DNA of 36,399 nt, taken from Octopus sinensis (Eukaryota). Made by a program: the position numbers and the translations under genes. Position 1 is the stretch's first letter. Each line of letters begins with the position of its first letter. Shown one piece after another: positions 1-11,270 of the stretch. The stretch is from NCBI RefSeq assembly GCF_006345805.1, contig NW_021828080.1, forward strand, positions 1 through 36,399, written 5' to 3'. Below the pieces are notes generated by a model, which saw only the letters and a program-made list of their open reading frames with translations, was not told the DNA's origin and made no database searches.

Positions 1-155
1 CATTCTTTACATTCAGAGTTTAGATTCCTCGGTGAGTGACTTTTCCTTTCAAACTTTCGGGGTCGGTGAATTAAGTACCAATTGTGCACTGGGGTCTACG
101 TATTCGACTATTCCCCTCCCCCACACTTTTCAAACCTTGTGCTTTTAGAAGAAAT
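1..155 (+). mobile_element. SINE family B fragment (5'-truncated, tail variant 2)
   Basis: Degenerate match to the in-window family B body (ttcagagtt..gacttttcctttc..ttcggggtcggtgaattaagtacca..gcactggggtc) and to the ccttgtgc..tagaagaaa tail also seen at 10871-11055. Confidence 0.75.
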
Positions 156-287
156 AATTATTTTTTTAACACATATCTTGTTTAACCACAAAAAATCTAT
201 CATTACGCACATATACACTTAACGAAAGCTTTATTTACATCTGCAGGTACAATTTTGCTCTTAGCATGATTATCTTTTAGTTTTCCT

Positions 288-479
288 ATTCTTTTACTTG
301 TTTCAGTCATTAGACTACAGCTATGCTGGAGCACCGCCTTTAGTCGAGCAAATCGCCCCCAGGACTTATTCATTGAAAGCCTAGCACTTATTCTATCATT
401 CTTTTCTGCCAAACAGATAAGTGACAGGGACGTAAATACACCTGCATCAGTTGTCAAGCGATGTTGGGGGGGACAAGCA

Positions 480-518
<39 letters not shown>

Positions 519-688
519 ATATACGACCGGCTATTTTCAGTGTCCGTCTACCAAATCCACTCACAAGGCGTTGGACGGCCGGAAGCTATACTAGAAGACA
601 CTTTCCCAAGGTGCCACGCAATGGGACTGAACCCGGAACCATGTGGTCGTTGAACAAGCTACTTACCACGCAGCGACTCCTACGCCTA
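288..688 (-). mobile_element. SINE family A, full length (tRNA-like head, internal (TG)n)
   Basis: Reverse complement matches 30705-31121: ggcgtaggagtcgctgcgtggtaagtagc..ggttccgggttcagtccca (B-box-like) through ggcggtgctccagcat..gactgaaacaagtaaaag. Confidence 0.9.
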
Positions 689-959
689 CATGAACGAAGC
701 CTAGTGTCAAAAGCATAAACAAGCACTCACAAACCCATATACATATAACAAGAACAGACAGACATACACATATACAAATGCATACATACAGACACATATA
801 TGTTTTGAAGAACTGGAAAATTACGCCTCTACCCGATTAATCTGATGATATCTTTCCAGCCTTATAATTTAAGGTAAGGAGGAAAAAACCTTTATCTTTT
901 TTTATTTTTTACATTTTAGTGTTTATCTTTTCGTTTTCCGTTTGTTTGTTTTTTTTAAC

Positions 960-1200
960 ATTCCGCGTTTTCTAAATGCTGCTTTCTTAGCTTTCCCGTG
1001 TTTCTTCTTTTATTCAATTATTTTTTTTCTGTTCGTTATGAGTGGTTTGTGCCTGATGAATACGTTTGAGATATTTCTGAAGATACGAAAGTAATAGTCG
1101 CACTTAAAGCGATGTATTGTGCTGTTTAAGTAAATAATGTTTATCCCTCGCCAGATGGAGCACTTTTTTGTTGATCTTTGTTGAACCGTACAGCATACAC
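960..1200 (+). repeat. Putative Penelope-like pLTR-derived repeat containing a hammerhead-like motif
   Basis: Pyrimidine-rich leader, then GTGC-CTGATGA...GAAA..TC-GCAC at 1049-1103, ending in a (CA)/(TA) microsatellite. Confidence 0.4.
1049..1103 (+). ncRNA. Degenerate type I hammerhead ribozyme-like motif
   Basis: Stem I gtgc/gcac, intact CTGATGA and GAAA boxes, GTC cleavage triplet. Stem II is poorly paired and stem III (A-gtaatag-T) has one mismatch. Confidence 0.45.
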
Positions 1201-1284
1201 ACACACATATATATAATATAAATATATGCATATATGCATACATATATGTACATACCTACATATATATGTATGTATACATGCATA

Positions 1285-1640
1285 TATGGGTACAGGACAT
1301 CAAAAAACGTTGAACAAATTGAGAAACGAAAATTTAAAAACAAAAACATAGAAACGAACTTCTTTTCGAATAACGAAAAAAACCCAAACAAACAGAGAAG
1401 CGAGACATGCAACAAAAAGAATATTCCCCTTCTTTAGTTGTCCCTGTTTCATCTACTCCGCGTTCGAATGTAACGACAAGACAAGACTTAGTTGAAACAG
1501 TCCTTCCCGCAAAGCAAATTAAATAAAATTTTTAATTTTTTGCGGAGGGTGAAAGTGATAACAAGAACAAGACAGTGAGGGTTATTAAACCGAGTGGATA
1601 AAAAATTATTCTGAACGCGAGGAAGACGAGCTTATGAAGG
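1285..1640 (+). repeat. Interspersed repeat, paralogue of 25655-26000
   Basis: Shared blocks in the same order: caggac(a/g)tca, ttcttt(t)cgaa(t/c)aacga, (c/t)cccgcaaagcaaa(t/c)taaataaaattt, gcggag(g/a)gt, (a/g)gacagtga. Confidence 0.8.
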
Positions 1641-2495
1641 AGACAGTATAAGCATGTTTTTCTTTACGAAGGTTGGTGGGCAGTAAGACAGATTATCTTT
1701 CGTTACGTGTCAGCGACGAGAGAGTCGAAGAGGAGGAGTGAGAGAGAGGGAACGGTGAAGGGAGAGGAATTATATATATTATATATATGTGTGCATGAAG
1801 AAAACATCTTTGCAGGTGAAACGCCTTCATGGACATGCGAAAGTCTGAAACTAGCAAAAGAATAAAGGAATAACACGTGATCTACGTAGTTGGCACATGA
1901 TATCCAAGTGATCGAAGAAGACCCAATCGGAAGAGCTCCAAGACGTTACAGGCAAAAGATTATAAAGACTACGGCGAAGAAGTGAAGAAGTGAACGGTGA
2001 AGAGAAAAACGGATGCGTATTTAGGTCAGTATTAAATAAGAATATATTAGGAATTTACCTTTAAAAAAATCCTAAACACTCCAAGATAAACCATAGCATT
2101 GTTACGCGGTAAGATGTGTTCTTGTGTGGATTCATATTTTGAATTTGGAAACTAAAATATAACGGCATAAACTAGACTCTGAAAGACAACGCAATGATTA
2201 AATGAATTTTGATTCCAGTTTCATCAATCGTTGTCTTCACTTACATTCTTGTAATAAAAGGATTTACCTGCTTTCAATGTTATTAGCATTGCTGAACTCT
2301 TAATATATATGCGTGGGTATGCGTGTATATGCGTGTGTATGCGTGTGTGTGTGTGTCTGTGTGTGTGTAAGCTTGCCTGTTTAATTTAGTACAGAAATAT
2401 TAATATGCATTTATTAAACAAAACTAAGAGGATAATTTTAATCTGCTGGAAGGCAAGCGGAGATTATACATCGCAAGAACAATACAGGGACGTTT

Positions 2496-3040
2496 TTATA
2501 CATACATACATACATACATACATACATACATACATACATACATAACATACATACATACATGCATGCATACATACATACATACATACATAATACATACATA
2601 TTGCATTACATACATACATACATACATACATGCATACATACTACATACATACATACATGCATACATACATACATACATACATAATGCATACATACATACA
2701 TACATACATACATACATGCATACATACATACATACATACATACATACATACATACATGCATACATACATACATACATACATACATACATACATACATACA
2801 TACTACATGCATACCACATACATGCATACATACATACATACATACATACATACATACATGCATACATACATACATACATACATACATACATACATGCATA
2901 CATACATACATTCATACATACATACATGCATACATACATACATACATACATACATACATACATACATACATGCATACATACATACATACATACATACATA
3001 CATACATACATACATACATACATACATACATACATACATT
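2496..3040. repeat. (TACA)n tetranucleotide microsatellite, about 545 bp
   Basis: Direct reading; source of the MYVC and HTYI ORFs. Confidence 0.98.
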
Positions 3041-3107
3041 AAATAAGAATATTTCAGAAACTTTAATATTATATATATATATATACCCATATATATATAT
3101 TTTTTTA

Positions 3108-3550
3108 GCCTGTTTCAGTCATTAGAGTGCGGCCATGCTGCGGCATCATCTTGAAGAATTTTTAGTCTAATGAATCGACTCAAGTCCTGTTTTATTTAAG
3201 CTGATACTTATACTATCGGTTTCATGTCCCGAACCAGTAAATTACGGGGATGTAAACACACCAGCCTGTTGTCAAGCGGTGGTGGTAACGGCGCTCGAAT
3301 TGTGACACAATCACACGCATACACACATGTGCACAAAGATACACACACACCACACACACACGAACATGCACAAACACAGACATACAAATAAATATATATA
3401 CATTTACAACGGGCTTCTTTCAGTTTCCGTCTACCAAATCCACTCACAGGGTTTTGTTCAGTCAGACGATATTGTGGAAGATACTTCCCAATGCGCCACG
3501 CAATGGGACTGAAACCGTAGCCATGTGTTTGGGAAGCAAGCTTCTTATGA
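3108..3550 (-). mobile_element. SINE family A, diverged full-length copy
   Basis: gtttcagtcattagagtgcggccatgctg..cgggcttctttcagtttccgtctaccaaatccactcaca..gggactgaaacc..gaagcaagcttctta. Confidence 0.85.
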
Positions 3551-3566
3551 CAAATCCACACCTATA

Positions 3567-3626
<60 letters not shown>

Positions 3627-3807
3627 ATATCTGTGTTTGAGTGTGTGCGTGGGTGATAAAGGCATATATGCATATATGGTGCGTGTATGTCTGTATGCAC
3701 ACTATTATGTATGTGCGCTTGTATATATTTGCAGATGTCTGTATGTATATTTCTTTTAGGTAGTTTACTACTGACCATTGTTTCGGAGACATTATAACTT
3801 CAGGAAT

Positions 3808-4150
3808 AAGGAGGCGAGCTGACAGAAACGTTAGCATGCCGGTCGAAATGCTTAGCGGTATTTCGTCTGACGTTACGTTCTGAGTTCAAATTCCGCCGAG
3901 GTCGACTTTGCCTTTCATCCTTTCGGGGTCGATTAAATAAGTACCAGTTACGCACTGTGATCGATGTAATCAACTTAATCCGTTTATATGTCCTTGTTTG
4001 TCCTCTCTGTGTTTAGCCCCTTGTGGGTAATAAAGAAATAGGTATTTTGTATGCCGTTATGTTCTGAGTTCAAAATCCGCCGAGATCGACTTTGCCTTTC
4101 ATCATTTCAGGGTCGATTAAAAATGTACCAGTTACGGATTCCTGTCGTTA
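3808..4150 (+). mobile_element. SINE family B dimer: full B1 unit (3808-4040) plus headless second unit
   Basis: ggcgagctgacagaaacgttagc..gagttcaaattccgcc (tRNA A/B boxes)..gcctttcatcctttcggggtcgat..ccccttgtgggtaataaagaaata, followed directly by ggtattttgtatgccgttatgttctgagttc. Confidence 0.9.
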
Positions 4151-4164
4151 TAATCCTATCTACT

Positions 4165-4275
4165 AAGGCAGAAGGCCCAACATTTTTGGGATGGGGCCAG
4201 TCGATTAGATCGACCCTAGTACGCAACTGGAAAGGCAAAGACTATCTCGGTGGAATTTGAACTCAGAACCTACGC
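4165..4275 (-). mobile_element. SINE family B fragment, inverted relative to 4041-4150
   Basis: ggcccaacattt..gtcgattagatcgaccc..gaaaggcaaagac..gaatttgaactcagaac. Confidence 0.75.
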
Positions 4276-4477
4276 ACACAATTTTCAAAAAGTCACTATT
4301 GTTAGCTCTTTTATTTAAATTAGCTATATTAAATCATATTTATCTCTCACCGGTCTGGATAGAGTACGCTTTTTTGTTGATCCTATCTATAACGAAACAT
4401 AAAACTCTATGTGCGTATGTGTGTGTCCGTGTATATGTATGGTTTATGTATCTATCTATCTATCTATCTATCTATAT

Positions 4478-4544
<67 letters not shown>

Positions 4545-5159
4545 CTATATGTATCCATGTATATATATGTGTGTGTCTTTATCTTTGTGTGTGTGTGCGT
4601 TTATGAATATATGCGCGTATTTTATTATATTTATATCATATCATATTACATTTTATTCTATTAAATTGGCCACCTTCTAATTTAAAATTAAAGTTAGCAA
4701 TAACTCAAGCATAAAATGCTATTCTGAATGGAATTTATTAAATATTCAGTTTGGAACAGGTTTCCATATTTCTTAGGTGACAGCTAGTATTTTTTTGCTT
4801 GTTTCATGTCATTGACGAATACTCACAGAGATTTATCTGAGGGGATTATTGCATTAGAATATAAACTAAGGTATTTCGGCGAATGCTGAATGGAGGCGGT
4901 GTGCTAATATAGTTATTCTATCGGGAATTGTTTACTCAAAAATCAATTATAGTGCATATCACCTACACGCACACACACACACGAGTACACATGTATACAA
5001 ACAGATGCAGACACATACAAAGGTGCATGTCGATGTATGTGTGTATGTATGCATAGACATATAGGTATGTATAAAAACATAAGTACATGTGTTGATTTGC
5101 CTCGATCAGACTTCAGCATGGTCGCTGTCCAATGACTGAAACAAGTTAAAGATTTATTT

Positions 5160-6178
5160 GATTACATCGAACCGAGAGTTTAACTGGTACATATTTTATC
5201 GATCCTCAAAAAGATGAAAGGCAAGGTCGACCTCGGCGGTATTTGAACTCACAACGTTTCGACGAGCGAGACACCGCTAAGCATTTCACTCGGCGTGCTA
5301 ACGATTCTGCCAGCTCGCTGCCTTAAGTCAAAGATACATAATTATTTCTTTATTGCCAACATATGTTATACATGTATGCATATTTTTATAATATAATGTC
5401 TAAAAGTTGATGAATGCCACCTCAGACAAAAAAGGACTGACAAAAGGATTAAGTCGATTACATCGACCACAGTGTGTAACTGGTACTTATTTAATCGATC
5501 CTGAAAGAATGAAAGGCCAAGTCGATCTCGGTGAAATTTGAACTCAGAACTCAGAACTCAGAAGGCCCGAATTTTTTTGGCTTGACAGTCGATTAGATCG
5601 ACCCCAGTATGCAACTAGTACCTAATTTATCGAACCCGAAAGGATGAAAGGCAAAGTCGACATTGGCGGAATTTGAACTCATAACGTAACGGCAGACGAA
5701 ATAACTATTTCTTTGCTACCCACAAGGGGCTAAACACAGAGAGGACAAACAAGGACAGAGAAACGGATTAAGTCGATTACATCCACCCCAGTGCGTAACT
5801 CGTACTTAATTTATCGACCTCGAAAGGATGAACGGCAAAGTCGAACTCGGCGGAATTTGAACTCAGAACGTAGCAGCAGACGAAATACGGCTACGCATTT
5901 CGCTCGGCGTGCTAACGGTTCTGCCAGCTCACCGCCTTATTTACAAATGTATAAATAATCTTTTCTAATCTAGCACAAGGCCCGAAATTTTTTGAAATGT
6001 GGGCCAGTTGATTACATCGACACCAGTACGCAGCTGGCACTTAATTTATCGATCTCCGAAAGGATAAAAGGCAAAAATCGATATCGGTGGAATTTGAACT
6101 CAGAAACAAAAGACAGACAAAATACCGCTAAGCATTTCGCCCGGCATGCTAATGACTCTGCCAGCTCACCGCCTTACT
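5160..6178 (-). mobile_element. Head-to-tail array of five family B SINE units
   Basis: Units at about 5160-5324, 5342-5548, 5560-5705, 5705-5938 and 5960-6178. Each has gaatttgaactca and gatgaaaggc-type blocks on the + strand; three end in gccagctc(a/g)c(c/t)gcctta. Confidence 0.9.
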
Positions 6179-6221
6179 CTATCTGTTTCTTTGATTTGAT
6201 CCTAATTCTTCTGCTGCGAAG

Positions 6222-6487
6222 GTAGGTGGTTTAGTGGCTAGTGTATTCGGTTCACGGTCTTGAGTTCGATTCCCGGCAGTGCGTTCTGCCTCTGAGCTGG
6301 ACATTCTTTTTGACATTGCCCCTGTAATTTAAAGGACCCGCCTTGTCAAAGTCTGTATCATGTTGAATCTCCCTGAGAACTACGTTCAAAAGTATATGCG
6401 GAGCACTCACCCACCGACTTGCTCATAAATCTAAAGAACAGGTTGTTCCATTTGATCGGATCAACTGAAACACTTGACTTCGTAACC
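6222..6487 (+). mobile_element. SINE family D (tRNA-like head)
   Basis: ggtttagtggctagtgtattcgg..gagttcgattcccggc (A/B boxes). The 3' part gatcggatcaactgaaac..cgtaacc is the reverse complement of 32795-32900. Confidence 0.65.
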
Positions 6488-6850
6488 TTGGGCAAGTGTC
6501 TTCTACTATAGCCTCGGGCCGACCAAAGCCTTGTGAGTGGATTTGCTAGAGGGAAACTGAAAGAAGCCCGTCGTATATATATATATAATATATATATATA
6601 TGTATGTGTGTGTGTGTGTGTGTGTGTATTCATGTATGAATGTGTGTGTATATGTTTGTGTGTCTTTGTTTGTCCTCCAACATCGCTTGACAAACGATGC
6701 TGGTGTGTTTACGTCCCAGTACGATAGCGGTTCGGCGTAAGAGACCGATAGAATAAGTACTAGGCTTCCAAAGAATAACCTCCAGTCATTTGCTCGACTA
6801 TAGGCGGTGCTCCAGCATGGCCGCAGTCAAATGACTGAAACAAGTAAAAA
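6488..6850 (+). mobile_element. SINE family A, 5'-truncated
   Basis: ttgggcaagtgtcttctactatagcctcgggccgacc..ggcggtgctccagcatggccgcagtcaaatgactgaaacaagtaaaa. Confidence 0.9.
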
Positions 6851-7819
6851 GAAAACAAAAAAACAAAAAGAGTGAACGCAATACTATTCAATTGAAGTTA
6901 ATCTGGATAGACTAATTACTGAGATAAAACGCAAATGTAAAAGTCATTATTTGTATTTGAATAAAGATTAAATTTTCTCCGGTGATTATTTTAGTAAACA
7001 CCGCAAAAAAAGATAAATAAATAATAAATAAATAAACATCCGTTGAATCACAATTAAATAAATACACTTAGACCGAAGATCGCTAAGCAATTAAGCAATG
7101 TCATAATTAAACTATACACACAGGTGATATAAATTATTTTATCATCCGAATAGTTTCAAGAGATCAAAGAAGAAACCTCAAAAATCATCAACACCACCGA
7201 CTTTGCCGTAATAGGTCCGTTTTCCAAAATTCAATTGGCACAAACAATATGCACTATATATATACCAATGCAATACAAACGTCTAAGACTTCTCCTACCC
7301 ACAGCAACGCGCAACGCACTGAAGACATCGTTAGTGCACCTTACAATAGAAAAGATATCTTCGGTGTTCGCACCGAAATATATTAATCAATAACATTAAG
7401 TAGCTACGAATTCTCCCAAAAGGTTCACATTTACATTCATTAGAGAGAGAAAAAGTGTACTAAGACTTTAAAAAACTCTACGTATGAGATATTTATACGC
7501 ATACGGCACACGCATTCTAAAGGAGACACCAGAAGACAGTGAGAATTTAAAGAAGACTTAGAAATAATATTTTCAAAAAATTCATCGCCCTCTATAGTAA
7601 CAGTAAACGCCACAATAGCTCAATGATTCTATTTCGAGACATAAACCTTCACACAGAAATCAATAGAGGCAAGGCGTCCATTTAAATCCCACTCACAAAT
7701 AAACATATATTTGCATGGAAATAGTGAATGGCCAGAGAGATACAAATTTCTAGTGGCAAAAGGATGAAGGTCGAGCAGGGCTTTTACACTATCAACCACA
7801 AATAAAGCAACGGATAAAG

Positions 7820-7950
7820 AGTGCAGTTCTATATTTAAGAGATGAGGAATTATGTACATTATTTACATTATTTTCAGCCGAAACGTTGTGTTGACAACAA
7901 ACAAGATGAGTACAAATATCTGTCTAATATAAATAATGTAAATAATGAAC
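7820..7950. repeat. Rearranged fragment of the pLTR-like repeat at 28759-29070
   Basis: cagccgaaacgttgtgttgacaacaaacaagatgagtacaaatatctgtc matches 28960-29010. The preceding gcagttctatatttaagagatgagga is the reverse complement of 29040-29067. Confidence 0.8.
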
Positions 7951-7986
7951 AGATAAAGAGATCTGCAAAATAAAACAGACCATTGT

Positions 7987-8376
7987 TCCCCATAAAAGGG
8001 AACAATGCTACTGTTATTTGGCCCTAGGAAACACCATTTCATGTTGGATCTGACACATTTCCTATGTCCTGATGTTTACAAAAGGGGGAAGATAAGCACC
8101 TCCACCCAGCATAACCAGCCACCAGAGACTAGTTTCAGTGTCCTTGCTCATCATCAGTCTGGAGTAGCATGGCTTGCTACCTGTCGATGCCTATCTGCTT
8201 TTGAAAATGAATATGATGAGCAATGCCTCTGAAACTAGTCTCCGGATGCTGGTTTTGCTGGGTGGAGGTGCTTGTCTCCACTTTGAAAACAAAAGGACAC
8301 AGGAAATGTGAGAAGTCCAACAGGAAACGGTGTTTCCTAGGGCTAAATAGCAGTAGCATTCTTCCCTTTCATGGGA
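7987..8376. repeat. Fold-back element: about 165-bp inverted arms, about 58-nt spacer
   Basis: Arms 7987-8154 and 8213-8376 are reverse complements, e.g. aatgctactgttatttggccctaggaaacacc / ggtgtttcctagggctaaatagcagtagcatt. The mirror ORFs 8005+ and 8359- confirm this. Confidence 0.92.
8122..8162 (-). ncRNA. Minimal type I hammerhead ribozyme-like motif
   Basis: Minus strand reads ccaga-CTGATGA-tgagcaaggacact-GAAA-ctag-TC-tctgg: perfect 5-bp stem I, palindromic stem III (ACTAGT), GUC site. Stem II is weak. Confidence 0.5.
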
Positions 8377-9009
8377 CTGTCACATTAAGTTGACAACATA
8401 CTGTCACTTTATCGTGCTGCTACTGCATAAATCTCTCTGACAGATTTAGAAATGTATTGTTTCTGTATGCATAAGAGTTGCAAATACTGGAAAATATTTT
8501 CCGCAGAGTAATACTAACAAAAATTCAAATGTATATTCGATTGCAAACGAGTTGGTTATGGTCTTCCTGGCTCTAACTATTCGTACTAACTTTACAAAAC
8601 TAAATATCATCCATTTACAGAAATAAACAATTACAATGCACATCACACAACACAAAATACCAGGTATGCAAAGATTACCAGACAACACATCTATATTATA
8701 CAAAATTCTCAGCAAAATGACGATTAATGATAAGTACTGATGCAGTACGGAAATAAACGTGCATTTAATATACGCGAGGCGTAATGAAAAATAAACAGCT
8801 TACTTTTGACATATGAATCTAATGAATAAAGCGAAAATTTCGATGGTAATGATTGCACAAAATGCATCAAAACTGTCGTCTATAAGAATTGAACTCGGAA
8901 TCTTGGGGCTAGTAGCCCGCGTTCTTAACTACAGGCATATGGCGTAGTGTTTAAGAGGGCAAATATCCGTCAAATATAAATAAAGTAAAGTAAATAAAAT
9001 GAAACTGGA

Positions 9010-9193
9010 ACTCTTCTTGTCAGGTATCCCAGATGAACCAACTTCACGGCAGGAGGTGCAGATGAGGTCAGCTGCATCGAACTCTCTCATGCACCAAATG
9101 GCAATTGCTAAAAAGCATTCGTGAAGTAAAAACCATGTAGCAACACCAAATGGCGGTGCCCCAGCATGGCCACAGCTCGTGAGCTGAAACTAG

Positions 9194-9223
<30 letters not shown>
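9010..9223 (+). mobile_element. Probable LINE or SINE 3' end with (ATCA)n tail, sharing its terminal ~45 nt with SINE A
   Basis: ggcggtgccccagcatggccacagctcgtgagctgaaactagaatcaatcaatc; upstream sequence is unrelated to the SINE A body. Confidence 0.45.
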
Positions 9224-9224
<1 letters not shown>

Positions 9225-10642
9225 GTTAATTTTCCTTGTTTTCTTATTTCAGTTCGTTCCAATCCGTCCTGTATTATATACCTTGTATTAATCTTTAGAT
9301 AAACGGATCCAATTTTCTTCCAATTTTACCAAAGAATTTATCTGACCTGGAAATATAGACTTCTACAGCAGGTTCTATCACTATCAAAATTTGGAAACTT
9401 ATCGTACATTCTTAATCTCGATTATAATCTCCCTCTCACTCACTGGTTAGCCCTCTTGCGAATTAATGACTAAGCCAGCAATTGGCTCAGATCCACAAAT
9501 TTCTGCTCATATTTACTCTTAGATTATGGCCAGATGTTGGTGTAGTGCAGAATTTCGCGTCTTAGATTTACGACTGAAGCTAATAATCCCGCATACAAAG
9601 ATTCTTAACTAAACGACGCAAGGCATATACTGCGGACGCAAGTTTTTTTTGTTATCGCATACACATTTAGTTTCACAATTAACAACATTTATCTTTCGTA
9701 TTATACTTGTTTCAGTCATTGGACTGCAGCCATGTTTGGGAACCACCTTGAAATGTTTTAGCACTTATGTTCTTTTTTTTCTCTGTTTCTTTTTCTGATC
9801 AAGCGATAGTGAGATAAAATTCGTAGATATATTCACACAATGTATCCATTTCAAGCGCTACATCCTGAAAAACTGGAGTTCTCCGTTCACTGATTAGGCT
9901 CGTAAGATACCTTACGAAATAGATTCCCCCTACCAATTAATCGCTGGTTCAGGATAGTCAACCCGTACTCACTAACGTCTATTTAGTATTAGTATTATCA
10001 ACATGAAAACATCGATCGATTATAATCATAAACATATCATTTGCCACAACGTAGTATATTACTGGTATTTATTTCATCGATTCGGGAAATATCAAAGGTG
10101 TGTCATTGAGGCCAAATTTTGACTCAGTGGAGTGGCTGCCAAAATGAGCTGCTTTAATTTTACCCACTTTTACACACTGATTCTTCAAATTCATCTTCAT
10201 GGTTCATCTATGAAATCTACTTCCAGTTTCATATTTTATTTGTTTATTCTCTACGTTTTTATGCCTTTTTCATTTACCCAGTCAAGTATGCATAACCTCA
10301 TTTATCCTTTTTAACGATTCCTGACACTCGGGCCGAGGTGCTCTGGAGATAATCCTAGACCAGTGATCTAATACAAGTACTCCTAATGCGGCACTTAAGA
10401 ACCAGGTTGTTCTGTCAAACTCGATGGTTGATTAATTCTACACTCTGAGAATAAACTGTTCCTTGGATGGGATTCTACACATTTCCTGTTTACCATAATT
10501 TACTCGAATGTCTTGGACGGGCCTTGATTATGTTGAAAGAGACCTGCTATGGAACGAACCAAAAAGTCAGTAATTACTGCATCCCGACTTCAGTTGCGAT
10601 ATTACATTTTCCGTCATTATAAGTTTACATCATTTTGAATGA

Positions 10643-11055
10643 AGTGAGCTGGCAGAAACGTTAGCACGTCGGGCGAAATGCTTAGCGGTATTTCGTCTGC
10701 CGTTACGTTCTGAGTTCAAATTCCGCTGAGGTCGACTTTACCTTTCATCCTTTCGGGGTTGATAAATTAAGTACGAGTTACGCACTAGGATCGATATAAT
10801 CGACTTAATCCCTTTCTCTGTCCTTGTTTGTCCCCTTTATGTTTAGCCCCTTGTGGGGCGTAAAGAAATAAGAAATGTTAGCGGTATTTTGACTGTCTTT
10901 ACGTTCTGAGTTCAAATTCCGCCGAGGTCGACTTTGCCTTTCATCCTTTCGGGATCGATAAATTGACTACCAGTTGCGTACTGGAGTCATCTAATCAACT
11001 GGCCTCCTTCCTCCCTCCAAAAAATTCGGGCCTTGTGCCTAGAGTAGAAGAGATT
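10643..11055 (+). mobile_element. SINE family B dimer (B1 10643-10870 plus headless tail-variant-2 unit)
   Basis: gtgagctggcagaaacgttagcacgtc..ccccttgtggggcgtaaagaaata, then gcggtattttgactgtctttacgttctgagttc..gggccttgtgcctagagtagaaga. Confidence 0.9.
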
Positions 11056-11101
11056 ATAAGTTTACAACATTTTATCCTTTCTCTCTGTTATCCTTTCTAT
11101 T

Positions 11102-11270
11102 ATAGGCACAAGGCCTGCAATTTCGAGGAAGAGTGTTAGTCGATAGCATCGACTCAAATGTTACTTATTTTATTTACTCCGAATCGATGACAGCCACAGT
11201 GACTTCAGTAGAATCTGAACTCGGAAAGTATTTTCTCCATTGTGCTAGCGATTCTGCTAGTTTACCGCCT
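11102..11270 (-). mobile_element. SINE family B, degenerate
   Basis: ggcacaaggcctgcaatttcg..gaatctgaactc..gctagcgattctgctagtttaccgcctt. Confidence 0.65.

Noticed and set aside
2496-3046. Long ORFs MYVC.. / HTYI..
   Set aside because: Translations of (TACA)n; stop-free by repeat geometry.
7430-7810. Possible APE remnant (MILFRDINLH resembling ILGDFN)
   Set aside because: One weak motif with many stops; cannot be supported without a profile search.
8730-8760. ctgatgcagtacggaaa, hammerhead-like
   Set aside because: Core mismatch, no stem II or III and no UH site with a stem I partner.
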